Below, piece after piece: positions 12,612-25,403 of a DNA stretch of 63,938 nucleotides. A program made the position numbers and the translations under genes. The stretch is from Octopus sinensis (Eukaryota), in the NCBI RefSeq assembly GCF_006345805.1, contig NC_043000.1:109244063-109308000 (forward strand). The letters are read 5' to 3'. The notes below the pieces were generated by a model. That model ran no database searches, was not told where the DNA came from, and saw only the letters and a list, made by a program, of their open reading frames with translations. Positions within the stretch are counted from its first letter, which is position 1. Every line of letters begins with the position of its first letter.

Positions 12612-12965
12612 GAAGGAGCGTGGCTCAGCGGTTTGGGTATTCGGCTAACAATGGTAAGGTTGTGAGTTCGATTACCGGAAGCACGCCGTGTCCTTGAGCA
12701 AGACACTTTATTTCACACTGGCGACAATGAATAGTGCCTGGAATTCAAAGGGGCCGGCATGGTTACACCCTGTGCCACGCTGAATCACCTTAAGAAGCAC
12801 ATTAAGGCTACGGTGTGTCTCTGAAGTACTCAGCCACTTGCACGTTAATTTCACGAGCAGGCTGTTCCGTCGATCGGATCGACTGGAACTCTCGTGGAAC
12901 CTCGTGGAGCATGCTGTTCCGTCGATCGGATCGACTGGAAAGCTTCGAGTGTCAGTTTCAATTCA
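12612..12965 (+). mobile_element. tRNA-derived CORE-type SINE (second family) with an internal ~35-bp duplication
   Basis: GTGGCTCAGCGG..GTGAGTTCGATTACC..GTGTCCTTGAGCAAGACACTTTATTTCAC. GCTGTTCCGTCGATCGGATCGACTGGAA occurs twice. Relatives lie at about 15350, 41205, 42860 and 62800. Confidence 0.7.
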
Positions 12966-13776
12966 TTTGCATTCATAGTTATATCCCTCTTCCCCTACCA
13001 TGAAGCTGACCTACTCCCACCACCCTCGGGATTTGTGGTCCTTCCTACCAACTGCAAGGCAACCTCAATAGTGCACTTAGTAAAAAACAAACAAAAAGAA
13101 GACACTCAGAACACCCTGTAAAGTGGTTGGCGTTAGGAAAGGCATCCAGCCACAGAAACCATACTGAAGCAGGAATTGCAGCTGTGCAACTCATGCATGC
13201 CATCATGGAAAATGGACGTTTGAGGATGATGATGATGATGATGATGAGGAGGAGGAGGAGGATTATATATGCGAGCATTAATGTAAGTGCGAAATCACTG
13301 GTGATCTGGCTATGCCCGGTGTTTAGGGATCCGGCCTCCCTTGTCAGTTAATAAGACGGTGTATTATTGTGGCTATGAGTTGTTTTGACTCTTATTTCTA
13401 GCACTACTGGTGCTGAATAGCGCCCTCAGTCGCTTTAGTGACGAATGTATTTTTGCCTTTCGGTTGAAAAATTGCTAACAAGACGAACATACGCTACACA
13501 CCTTCCTTCCAAGCACTGCTGTAAACAGCGGAAGTGAGCTAGAACGTTAAAACTTAATGCGTGAACTAAATAATTTATCTCTTTGTTGCCCACGAGGAGT
13601 TAAACAAAATAAATAATTATGTTAATGATGATGACAGCGACGACGACGACGACGACGACAAGGAGGAGGACGTGATGACGGTGATGACCGCTTGGGTGAC
13701 GACCATGACGAGGATAAGGTCAACGATCACGATGACGCTGATTATTGCTGTTGTTGTCATCGTCGTCATCATCACC

Positions 13777-13828
<52 letters not shown>

Positions 13829-14596
13829 CCATCGTCGTCATTATCTAAACAACCGAAAGTAAAAATGTGTTATGCACTGATTCAAATTCGTTGCTCCTTT
13901 TGTTACAAAAACCACAACTCATTAAGACTGATTTTCTTGGACACTGAACTAATCCCAATATTTGATACATACTAAGTGGAGGATTACAAGGGATTATATA
14001 GAAATGCGTGTGTGCTTATGTGTATGTGAGAGAGAGAGAGAGACAGACAGACAGACAAAGGGTAGGGGTTATGATTTATAACTGCTATTAATAATGAACC
14101 GTTTCTGTGTATATATTTGCAGTAATTTCGTGTTTAGACAGGTTTTTTTTCCTGGTTTCCCTCGTTGAAATACGGCCATGCTGAGGCAGATATTTAAAGG
14201 GATTTCGTTGATCTTATCGAGATCATTCCTCATTTATTTCAATCTGGTAATTATTTTATCGAGCTTTTACAATCGAATTGCTAAGTAAACTTTTTGACAA
14301 CATCCCTAATATGATCTCCATGCACACACACTCTCATATAAGAGATAGAATAGTAACGTATACGAAACAGTAAAGATCGTAACAAAAGGAGGAATGAATC
14401 TCAATCAGTGCACAACACATTTCACTCTCGGTTGTTTACATATCTATCTATCTACTTATCTGTCTATCAATCTATCTCTTTCTCCCTCTCTCTTTTTCTT
14501 TCTCTGTCTCTGTCTGTCTGTCTGCCTCTCTCTCTCTCCACACACACACACATACATATATATGTGTGTGTATATATATGTTTGCATATGTATGTG

Positions 14597-14638
<42 letters not shown>

Positions 14639-15816
14639 TATATCAGCTATGTTCTCCCCGGTGGAACATAGACCCTCAACGATATTTTTGCATTATCCTC
14701 GACTCCCTTTTCTCTTGGTTCTTCTCTCAAATCTTTTGAATTTACCATCCACGTTTCTCTGTCTTTACTATTTTCTATGTATTGTTTTTTTCTTTTTATT
14801 CGTCTATGAGTGTGTATGTGTATATTTGTGCTGCACGAATATGGCCGCTGCTGCACCTGCTAGGTTATTTCACAAATTTAACTTCTCTCCATAATTATAC
14901 TTACAGTTAGATAATCTTCTTGGGTCTTTCATTTGTCAAATGCTCAAAACAGTTTTTAAATGCAGCACTTAAGAGGATTAAATCAAAAGGATTGGATCGA
15001 CAGGACGTGTCATAATCCAGCCCAACTTCGGCCATCATTACATTTTGTTTCTGAAACGACTCTTATCATTATATCAAAGGCAATCTGAAGGCAATCTAGA
15101 ATGGACGTCGTACATGAGAGAAAATTCAACTTAGATGTTACTCCTCTATGTTGTCTACAAACTAGTAACAGATTGACAGGTCATATGTGCAGTGTCTCGG
15201 TCTGCCAAATCGCTTCCAAATTACACCCGACTCACTTTCAAGATATTATATTTTGCTTCAGTTTCTATCCTGTCACCAAACGCGGCCTATTGTTTAGGCT
15301 GTTGTACGCGCAAACGCAAGTCGTGGTTTTAATTGCTGGAGAGGGCGGCGCGTAGTGTCCTTGAGCAAAACACTTCATTTCACGATCCCTTCAGTCACTC
15401 AGCTGCAAACGAGTAACCCTGTGATGAATGGGCGTCCCATTTAAGGGGAATCTTGTGAGATCGATCACTTATACGCTATGAAAATCGAAAGACACCTGTT
15501 GTTATGTCCTGTTATTTGCATTTGTATTTGCGGACCATTTCTCCGTTTTTTTTCACCCTTGTTTTCGTATACATTCGCTGCTTTCTTCGAAAGAATCTAG
15601 AGCTCTTAGCTTAGTTTTTCCTTGGGGCTGGCCAGATTGGAGCAATCTTGAGTATACACAGCCTAAATTGCAAAGATAATCTGGAACTCGACTGAGGAAA
15701 GAAAACTTCGAATGACCCATTCGTATTTTTTCTTTCCCTTTTTTGTATCATCTAGGTGTCAAGATATTTTGCGTACTGGTGCCATTTTGTTATATTCCTA
15801 TATATATATATATATA

Positions 15817-15860
<44 letters not shown>

Positions 15861-16085
15861 ATAACAATAATAAGGGATCAAATTTATAAATGTTATAAAG
15901 TATCGCTACGCACGTTTCCACAAAATCACATATTTCTTAAGAATATAGTTCGTATTTCTGAGATGATAACAGCTCAGTCCGTAGTATCCATGGATATCGA
16001 GTAGATCATGTCCATGCATTCATAAGAAATGAATATATATATATTTACACACAGACATACATGCACACATACACATGTACATGTT

Positions 16086-16300
16086 TTAAATTATAAGAAA
16101 ACAAAAGGCGAAGATACGTGAGGGAACAACAAACAAGTGTAATAGTTTGATGCTCAGGAAGAATGGGAAAGTCTTTGACGTTTCAAGTCTACGCTCTTCG
16201 GCAGAAAGGGATGAGAGGGGAAAATGGGAAGAGAGAAAACGTCGGAGAGAGAACAAATGTGTCACGATAAACGGTTTCACATGATGAAATAACCGGACGA
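16086..16300 (-). mobile_element. PLE pseudo-LTR copy (family C) with a decayed minimal hammerhead at 16173-16208
   Basis: Minus strand reads CTTT CTGCCGA A GAGC GTAG ACTT GAAA CG TC AAAG. The flanks match 17970-18245, 52420-52780 and 61815-61990. Confidence 0.7.
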
Positions 16301-16604
16301 AAGAGGTCGATGCAAGGGAGATAGTAGTGACCCGGCTGAACTGGAGTGCACAAGCGCGAATGTATACGTGAGAATAGTGTGTGTGAGTGTATGTGTGTGT
16401 ATTTTTGCTTAGACGAGTTTAAGATTGTGTGAGCTTGCGTGTGCGTATGAGAACGCGTGTATGTGTATAAATAAATAAGTACGTATGCTGTGTGGAGGGA
16501 TGGGTGTTCTGTGTATTGGACAAGTGTCTTCTACTTCAGCCTCAGGCAGACCAAAGGCTTGTGAGTGGATTTGATGGACGGAAACTGAAAGAATCCCGTC
16601 GTAT

Positions 16605-16645
<41 letters not shown>

Positions 16646-16666
16646 CAAACACACATACGCGCACAT

Positions 16667-16699
<33 letters not shown>

Positions 16700-17747
16700 C
16701 AAACACACATACGCGCACATACACACACACACATATATATATAATGAAGCATAAAGAAAGGAAAAATTGTTGTAGATGTAGACGATCTTTAATGCATAAT
16801 CCATGCTGGTACGTAACCAAGATACGTTCTACAAATTGTTTCCGAGTCTAATTAATTATATATTTTTATATATTTACTTTACTTGGACTGTAACGGCGGA
16901 CTTGGACGTTTGAGATCCCTTTGAAGGATTTCGGTCACACACACACATACACAGATACACACACGCGCGCACGCACACACACACGCGCGCATTCGCGTTC
17001 AACTAAATGTATGTTCTGACTTTGAGAGTCTGCGAATAGTGTTGTTGAAAAGTCAGAGTTTATAATTAGATTTTCACATTTATCAAATATTTATAAAGAA
17101 AATATGTCGCCGTTTTCCTAAGTGAAACATACGTGTGTTTTAATAGGTAGTAATACCAGCCGTTTTATTATTTCATACCATCTTGCCGTATGTTATAAAA
17201 ATAATATTAAATCTACGAAAATAAACTAATGGGGAAGATAATATTGTAGAGAAATTGAATTCTAATTTCATAACAGATGACTTACAATTGAAAAAAAATT
17301 AATTTCAAAAATTAATAAGGTAAATAAACTACAGTGCAACTACGTCGAGTAAGCCCAAGACAAGGTATGCTCTTCCTTCTTCATCTCTCATATTCATTAC
17401 TTGAGGATTCGGGATGCCTTGGTGCCATATCTGGTTCTAAATTCAGTAAGTTAATCTTTTGGATTTAACAGGCATCTAAGTTCGTCTCATTTCTTAAGCA
17501 AACATGTCGACGTAGAGCCACAAATAGATATATATACGCAAACACACATGTAGACCTAAATACATAAACACACGCACACACATATATGTATGTTTATATA
17601 TGCATATGTGTGTGTGTGTGTGTGTGTACCTGTGAGTGCAAGATCGTTTACGTAATGCATTAAAGAAAATATAAGTGAATATATTTTATACAAAGAAAGA
17701 CATATCTATATATATCTATAAGTATATCCGTACATATATGTATCCAT

Positions 17748-17791
<44 letters not shown>

Positions 17792-17914
17792 CTTTTTATC
17801 CTTTTAATTGTTTCAGTCATTTAACAGCAGCCATGCTGGGGCACCGCTTTAGTCGAAGAAATCGACCCCAGGACGGTGGGGGAACAAACACAGGCACATA
17901 AATACACGTGAAAG

Positions 17915-18245
17915 TCACTAGCCCCTATCCATATACACTTACACATTCTCACATACACACACAAACACGCATCTTCGTTTTGGGATCACCAATACTTCAT
18001 TCTCTCCCCTTCTTTCTACCCCTCCTGTTAAACCTTTATTTTTTTTCCAAACAGTCACCATGCTCGACCGCTAAATCCACAAGTTTATTCACTCTCTCTG
18101 TTTATTTTCTCTTATTCCTTCCTGTTGAAGAGCGTAGGCTCGAAACGTAGACGATTGTCTCACTTTTCCGAGCGTCAAACTAATACACCTGTTTGTTGCT
18201 CATACACCTGTCTTCGTCTTTTGTTTTTCTGTAAATGTCAACTAC
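17915..18245 (+). mobile_element. PLE pseudo-LTR copy (family C) with a variant hammerhead at 18118-18153
   Basis: CTTC CTGTTGA A GAGC GTAG GCTC GAAA CG TA. Co-linear with 52420-52780. Confidence 0.75.
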
Positions 18246-18279
18246 AGCGCGGGCGCGCACATACGCACGCACACACACA

Positions 18280-18355
18280 TAATGGTGTGGAGGATATCTC
18301 TCGACTGGAAAGTTCTGAGAATCCAGGAATACATTCTGCGGGCCATGTCAACTTT
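18280..18355 (-). mobile_element. Short fragment of the CR1-like LINE seen at 5165-5785
   Basis: ATAATGGTGTGGA..ATATCTCTCGA.TGGAAAGTTCTGAGAATCCAGGAA is shared with 5738-5785. The minus frame reads KVDMARRMYSWILRTFQSRDIL. Confidence 0.7.
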
Positions 18356-18376
18356 GCTGTTTATATGAGCGGCCCC

Positions 18377-18577
18377 GTATCAGGACAATTACACCCCATA
18401 GGACAATTACACCCCTATAGGACAATTGCCGCCGACGACAACTACCCCCTTGGTTAATTACCCCCCACTCCAATATATTTTAAATCCTCTTCTCAGGGGC
18501 AATTATCCTCTTATCCTCAGGGGTAATTGTCTTTGGAGGTGGGTGTTATTGTCCATGGGGGTAAACATCCTAGACTC
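18377..18577. mobile_element. Fold-back-type MITE built from GGACAATTAC(A)CCCC units and their reverse complements
   Basis: Three GGACAATT units on the left; GGGGCAATTATCC, GGGGTAATTGTC, TTATTGTCC and GGGGTAAACATCC on the right. Confidence 0.55.
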
Positions 18578-19290
18578 AAACTGCCCAGCTTATGTTGTTG
18601 TTCACAATTGCTCCCAAGTGTCTGAGGATGCCATGAGAGTTTCACCCGAAGGAAGAGAGTATGGGAGTTTCAAGGTATCCTCTTTTCCGAAGTGGATTAT
18701 ATATAATCGCACTACTCACAGACAGACAGGCAGACGGGTGATATATATTTGTGTGTGTGTGTAACATATGGTATAATTATAAACCGGTCAAATTTTAGTC
18801 ATTTCTTCCCAGACTGAAGAAACAGTGAACAACGTTAATCGATTTTGGAATCTTATTGGGTTCTCATCAGCGGCGTCTACACCATTCTGACAAGTCTCCA
18901 GAGAAACAATCAGCCAAACTGTTTATATACTCAACAAATGCAGCAGTTACTCTATGAAGGAGTCCCTAATTTGCATACCGAAAGCGTTTAATACTCTATA
19001 AATATCAACAACCTGTCAACGGGGATCTTAGTCCACAGAGTATCAAGGTATGATATAATGTATATGTAAGATATGGTAGAGAAAGAGAGAGAGAGAAATA
19101 AGGTGCTCTTGTACCCGTGTGTCCTCCACCTGACGCACATAATCACACTCATGACACATTGAGTTCGTAACCTCGATCCAGTGCCCCTAACCATAGGAAA
19201 TGGGTACACGTCGACTAAAGATATATGTTCTTTGATCTTGTATCATATTGCTGTAAATTCTTCAGAAATTCAACTGCCAGTTTTATTTAT

Positions 19291-19491
19291 CCTCCTCCTC
19301 CTCCTCCTCCTCCTCCTCCTCCTTCATCATCATCATCATCATCATCATCATCGTCATCATCGTCATCATCGTCATCATTGTTATCATCGTTATCAGCATC
19401 ATAGTCATGAGCATCGTTGTTATTTTCTTCGTATTAGTAGTAGTTGTAGTGATAGTAGTAATACTAGTAATAATAGTAGTAGTGGTGGTAT

Positions 19492-19525
<34 letters not shown>

Positions 19526-19720
19526 TGTTGTGTTGTTGTTGTAGTGGCAGCAGGAGTAGCAGCACCAACAGCATCGGCAGCAGCAGCAGTAACGGTAGTA
19601 GCAGTAGAAGCAGCAGCAGAAGCAGCAGCAGAAGCAGCAGCAGCAGCAGTAGTAGTAATAGCAGTAGCAGCAGCAGCAGCAATAGTAGTAGTAGAAGCAG
19701 TAGTAGTAGTAGTAGTCTTT
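19291..19720. repeat. Compound trinucleotide array (CCT)n(CAT)n...(TAG)n(GTT)n(GCA)n(GTA)n
   Basis: Read directly from the sequence. It explains the poly-L/H/S/A ORFs of the track. Confidence 0.95.
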
Positions 19721-19777
19721 TGTTTCGTTTTTTGCCCTCTTTTGAGAGTAATTCTCAAATCTCGAAGATAAACCTTT

Positions 19778-19809
<32 letters not shown>

Positions 19810-20984
19810 TTTCTGCACTTATTTATTTATCATGCTCACTAACTTCATATTAATTAAAAGACGAAGAAGCGAGGAAAAAAAAAACTTCGCTATCGCAGAA
19901 CGGAATTCCCAACTGACAACTTAGTATATTTAGAAAGAAAAAGGATTTAAGTTCTGTTCTCTGTATCAGCTGAGGAATAACATTCTAACCGTAATTTCAA
20001 ACTTCATCTTACCAAATCCGAAGAGAGAAGATGCCAGATTTTGCATTGTGTTTTTATGACTCCATACCAGTCAGTCAAGCAGACTGTGTTTGGTGGAGAG
20101 TGAGTTTGTGTTTGTATAACATTGGCCTGGTACAAGTGTTGGGGGCGTTATCTGTTGACTTTGAAGAAAGTTAATAGTTGTTGGCGGTCTGTAGAATATT
20201 CTTGCTCCAAAGAGGTCAGTTACTGCATTATTCGTCATGAGACATTATCTCGAATAGACGTACGTATTAAAAACACTGCAAATATCGAAGGAAGATGAAA
20301 AATCGCCCAGCGGATGTCAGCAAGAACACCGGATGCATTTGGCTGGCTGTGAGTACACGTCATTGAAAAGGTTCAAAAAGCTGGAAATGCATCTGGTTTT
20401 CTCCCTTGGCTGCTGTTGAGGTGATTTTTCGTCTCCTTCAGATTTCTATTCTGCTTTCCCACGGCACGTCCATAACACATTTTATTTGAAGTCGAATACA
20501 TATCAGTAACTGTCGATCAACGAATTAAATACATTTAGTAAAGTACATAGTTTCCTATTTTAATTTATTACTGCTTCAAAATTTAATAAAAGAAAGTTAT
20601 TTCATGCTTCAATACATATTTAGGTTAAAATTAGTATTCCTCCCAGTAATGGGTGGGTAGGGGAATTATATATATGTGTGTATGTGTGTATGTGTATAAT
20701 AGATGCATATAATAGATGCATATATTAGATGTCTATCTGACTGTCTTTCTTCTTGTCTATCTTCTTGTTTGTCTCCTGCCTGTATGTCTGTCTCTCCTTT
20801 CTCTCTCTCTCTCTCTCTCACTCTCTCTCTCTCTCTCTCTCACTCTCTCTCTCTCTCTCTCTCTGTATACACACACACATATATATATGTATGTATAGTA
20901 TATATGTATATATGTATATATATATATAATATATATATTATATATATATTATATATATATATATATTATATATATATATATACA

Positions 20985-21042
<58 letters not shown>

Positions 21043-21320
21043 GAGAGAGAGAGAGAGAAAGATACAAGACGTGGACAGTAATTACAGAACAAAAACGAAT
21101 GAAATACGTGAACAACGAGAACAAAATGGAAAACCGGACAAGTTAACAGAGAAAAAGGACGCTTTGTCAGTTGTCGGCTGTGTATCTCCTCCTCATTTCG
21201 AGCATTCAAACAACGACAACATGAGTCTTCAAAGACGGTAAGCTTCCACAAATTCTAAAATAGAATTTGGGATTTATAGAGGGTCAAAGTTGGTAACAAA
21301 AAATAACAGCAGAGGCATAC

Positions 21321-21449
21321 AAGGAAACCGAACGAAAACAGATATGCAGGGTCGTTAGACGGGGACGAAAAGAGAATAGTGAACGGTGTGCGAGACATTT
21401 TTTCGTCCGGTCTAACGACCCTGCATATCTGTTTTCGTTCGGTTTCCTT
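21321..21449. repeat. Perfect 40-bp inverted repeat with 49-bp spacer (hairpin)
   Basis: 21321-21360 AAGGAAACCGAACGAAAACAGATATGCAGGGTCGTTAGAC is the exact reverse complement of 21410-21449. The stem extends inward imperfectly (GGACGAAAA/TTTTCGTCC). Confidence 0.95.
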
Positions 21450-21613
21450 AGATAGATAGAGAGGTAGATAGACAGACAAATAGATAACGAATCAAGCATA
21501 ATCTCGCCATAAATGTAGCTAGTTGCCTCTTACGTATATATATATATATATCTACATCTCTATCTATCTCTCTGTTCATCTATTTATCTATTCATATTTA
21601 TATATATATATAT

Positions 21614-21644
<31 letters not shown>

Positions 21645-21732
21645 GTATATATATATATGTATGTATATATATATGTATGTATGTATGTATGTATTAATGT
21701 ATTAATGTATGCATATATATATGTATATATAT

Positions 21733-21809
<77 letters not shown>

Positions 21810-21836
21810 GAGAGAGAGAGAGAGAGAGAAAGAACG

Positions 21837-21929
<93 letters not shown>

Positions 21930-22591
21930 TGTACACATACGTATACTTTGTTATTTTTTCTTCCCACGTGTTTCTGTGATGTTGTTCACCCTTGTTTTGA
22001 AAGTTCTGGCGTCTATTCTTTTACCTATAATCTCTTTTTCTTCTTTTCTTTCTTTCTTTTTCTCTTTTTTTTATATTGTATTCTTAATTCCTTTCTATGT
22101 GCTTTCAGGTGCGTGTGTTTTTATTTTCGGATGACATCCTAATCAGAAAAAAAAACTAGAAACAAGTCAAAAGTTACTCTTCCGAGACTTATACAAACAA
22201 GACAATATATAAACGCAAAAATCTGAAACGAAGTAACTACTTTTCTGCGCTCTATTTAATATTTCAGACTTTATTCACAGAAGTTTATCTGATCATATCT
22301 TGGATTCAATTTAAGCGATAATTCAAGATTCTGTTGGTATTAGACAGAAAATATGTTTGTATAAAATGTGTGTCTCTCTCTGTAAAGTATGTTTACAGTC
22401 AACAGAGTGTGGCCAAGTATTTCGTATTGAATATGAGGTCATTCCTAGATTTGTTGAGTTTGAATGGGGACCGAATAATTATTTCAAATATCGTCAGTTT
22501 CTATCTTCACAATTTTCAAGTCAATTTTCATGCCTAAACTCATATTTGCCAATGTATACACACATACATACATATATATATATATACACAC

Positions 22592-22643
<52 letters not shown>

Positions 22644-24364
22644 ATATGTATGTATATATATATATATACACACATATATATATACATACATATCCATATC
22701 CATACACAAATGTATATGTATATTCATGTATATATATATGAATATACATATATACATTTGTGTATGTATGTATGTATATATATATACACACAAATATATA
22801 TATATATGTATGTGTGTGTGTGTGTATGTATATATGTAAATTTATATATATTTATACATATATTTATAGTTTTCAGAATATTTATAAAGAGTAAGTCTTA
22901 CAGCTGTTTCCGGGATAGTTTTATATATCCCTTCATCAGAGATGGTGCGAGAAAATGTTTAAGTAATAGTTATTATAGAGTTCTATGTCAGCGTGTATAT
23001 ATATATAACGTGACCATCACGTTTAAAGCATTCTTGTCTATCGAATGAACAAACAGCAACAGTTATAGCAAGACGCAGTGCGTTAAGGAATAGTATATAT
23101 CACAAGATGGCGCCACACTACACTAGTGTCGTGTTAAAAAGCAGCATCGAGCATAGTGATGGAGAAGGCACAAGCTTATCGTGAAAAGTTTATTTGGAAC
23201 CACGTGGTTTTAGCTTTGATCCAATTGCATGCTACCTTGAACAATTTAACTCCTGTGCTAATCCCGGATTGACCAATGACATGTGGGTGGAATGTGTTAC
23301 GTTGAAAAGTTGTGTGTGTGTGTGTGTGTGTAAAATGGCGCCAGGAGTTATCAGTGTCTCCAGTAAATAGTGTGAAGAATTGATGGCGTAGATAAGGTAA
23401 AATATATTGTCTGTTAATGAATCGAAATTTCAATCCTGTTGCAAGCATTTTGCTTGACTGCGTTGGACACGAATTTTTAGTGTCGCTCCACACACATTTG
23501 ACGAAATATCGAATTTTCTGGTAAACCAATCAATACTTACAAGTCATACATTGATAGCTTCCTCTGATCACAAGGAATTAAGAAGCAACTGGCTTCATTT
23601 ATTGCGAGATTATGCTTGATTTATTACAAGATTATTGCTTGACATGAATTGAAATATATTTTTTATAGCAGTAAACAGCGTTGTCTCGAAACATTACTGA
23701 GTGATTTTACGAATAAATATTGCGACCGTTGTTTAAGTGTTGTTTAGTCAAGCGCTATGTGCAAAAACATTGTCTAGAATCTAAAAAAAGCATAAATTAA
23801 TACTACACACAAGTAGAAGGTTTACTATGCTTTTATTCGGTTATGTACTTCATAATTATCATAGAAAAATATGCCTGACTTGGTTGAATTTGCTTGCGTT
23901 CTGGTTTGATAATCCATTGGCGATTTTTTCACCTTACGAATACTGAAATGCTTGTTAGAAATGCATTTTTCCTTATATCCCGAGTTTATAAAAATAACTA
24001 CATGTAATCCCCGTGAGGGACAAGGCATGGGCCAGTTTGTAGATTGTAATTTGAAACCTCGGCTGTTACTGTGTTTTTTTGGGAGGGTGGGGGATTGTTT
24101 TTTAAGCATTATTCTAGCTAGGCGTGAAATGAACGGTAAATGTTACTTCATATGTTGAATATGTTGGTGCTCTATCCAGGAGATTTTAATTTAAATATCG
24201 TTTTCACATTCCTTGAGAACAAACATGACTTAATGAAACGCGCCCACGTATACGTACATACATACATACATACATCCAGCCAGCCAGCCAGCCAGCCATA
24301 CATACATACATACATACATACATACATACATACATACATACATACATACATACAAATAAATGCT

Positions 24365-24885
24365 CATATTTGGTTACAGAACGAGGAAAGACAGTCCCTC
24401 AAACCCAAAACCTGTGCATCAACGGTCTCTCTATCTCCTCCATTCCACACAAAGAATGTTACAAGTACCTAGGCATAGACGAAAATTTATCATATGAAGG
24501 CACTGTCAATAAAGATAGAGTGACCCAAGAATATTACACCAGACTTAAGAAAGTGTAGCAGTTGGAACTCTACTCTAACAACAAAATAATATCCCACAAT
24601 GCATTTGCAGTACCAGTGCTAATCCCAACATTTGGGATTCTTGATTGGTCTGTAGAGGAAATCCACTCCATAGATATCAAAACCCGCAAAATCTTGACAA
24701 TTAGGAACTTCCACTGAAACAGTGATGTTGACAGGCTCTACCTAAGAAGAAATGGAGGTGGTAGAGGCTGGAGATCAGTGCAGACGGCCTTCGAATTCGT
24801 ATGGTATCACCCAGGCAGCACCTGCTGAACAACAGTAGCAAAAAATATATATATGGATGCAGTGCTGAAAAGTGAAGTGAGCAAC
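24365..24885 (+). mobile_element. R4/Dong-like RT thumb fragment, disrupted
   Basis: KECYKYLGIDENLSY...YYTRLKKV*QLELYSNNKI..HNAFAVPVL..TFGILDWS..EI..IDIKTRKIL...SDVDRLYLRRNGGGRG matches the YKYLG and DVDRLYxxRxxGGRG motifs of R4-type elements. Confidence 0.8.
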
Positions 24886-24917
24886 ATGCGTGTTTGTGTG
24901 TGTGTGGTGTGTGTGTG

Positions 24918-24984
<67 letters not shown>

Positions 24985-25360
24985 ACACAAACAGTGGTGA
25001 GTACCGTTTCTATGGTTACTTAGCCTTCATCTAATTCTTGACTAGAATCGAAGGCATTCCATGAATATACTTTTGCTTTCCCGCTTCAAGTATTTTTCAC
25101 CTTGGACTACATTACTGGAAACGTCCCTCTTCTTTTTACTAGAGAGCACCATGTACGTTGAGGGAGATATTAGTGTTATTTCTAACAAATTGATTGGCCC
25201 CATGGATCAATGTTCCTATTTGTCGTTTCTCCCCCCACTTGAATTGTTTCTTTGCCCAGAGAAAACATTTTCTCTCTGATTAAAATTGGATTTTGTTCAA
25301 TGCTGTTTCATTCGTCGCTGTTGGATATTTTTAGACTTCCTTCACCACTCTTTAGCTGCC

Positions 25361-25403
<43 letters not shown>

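Noticed and set aside
18820-18880. Minus-strand CTGATGA GAA...TTC motif
   Set aside because: The GAAA box and NUH are lost, and stem I needs four transitions; too degenerate to call.
19181-19842. 196-aa and overlapping poly-L/H/S/A ORFs
   Set aside because: Fully explained by trinucleotide arrays, with no splice or domain evidence.
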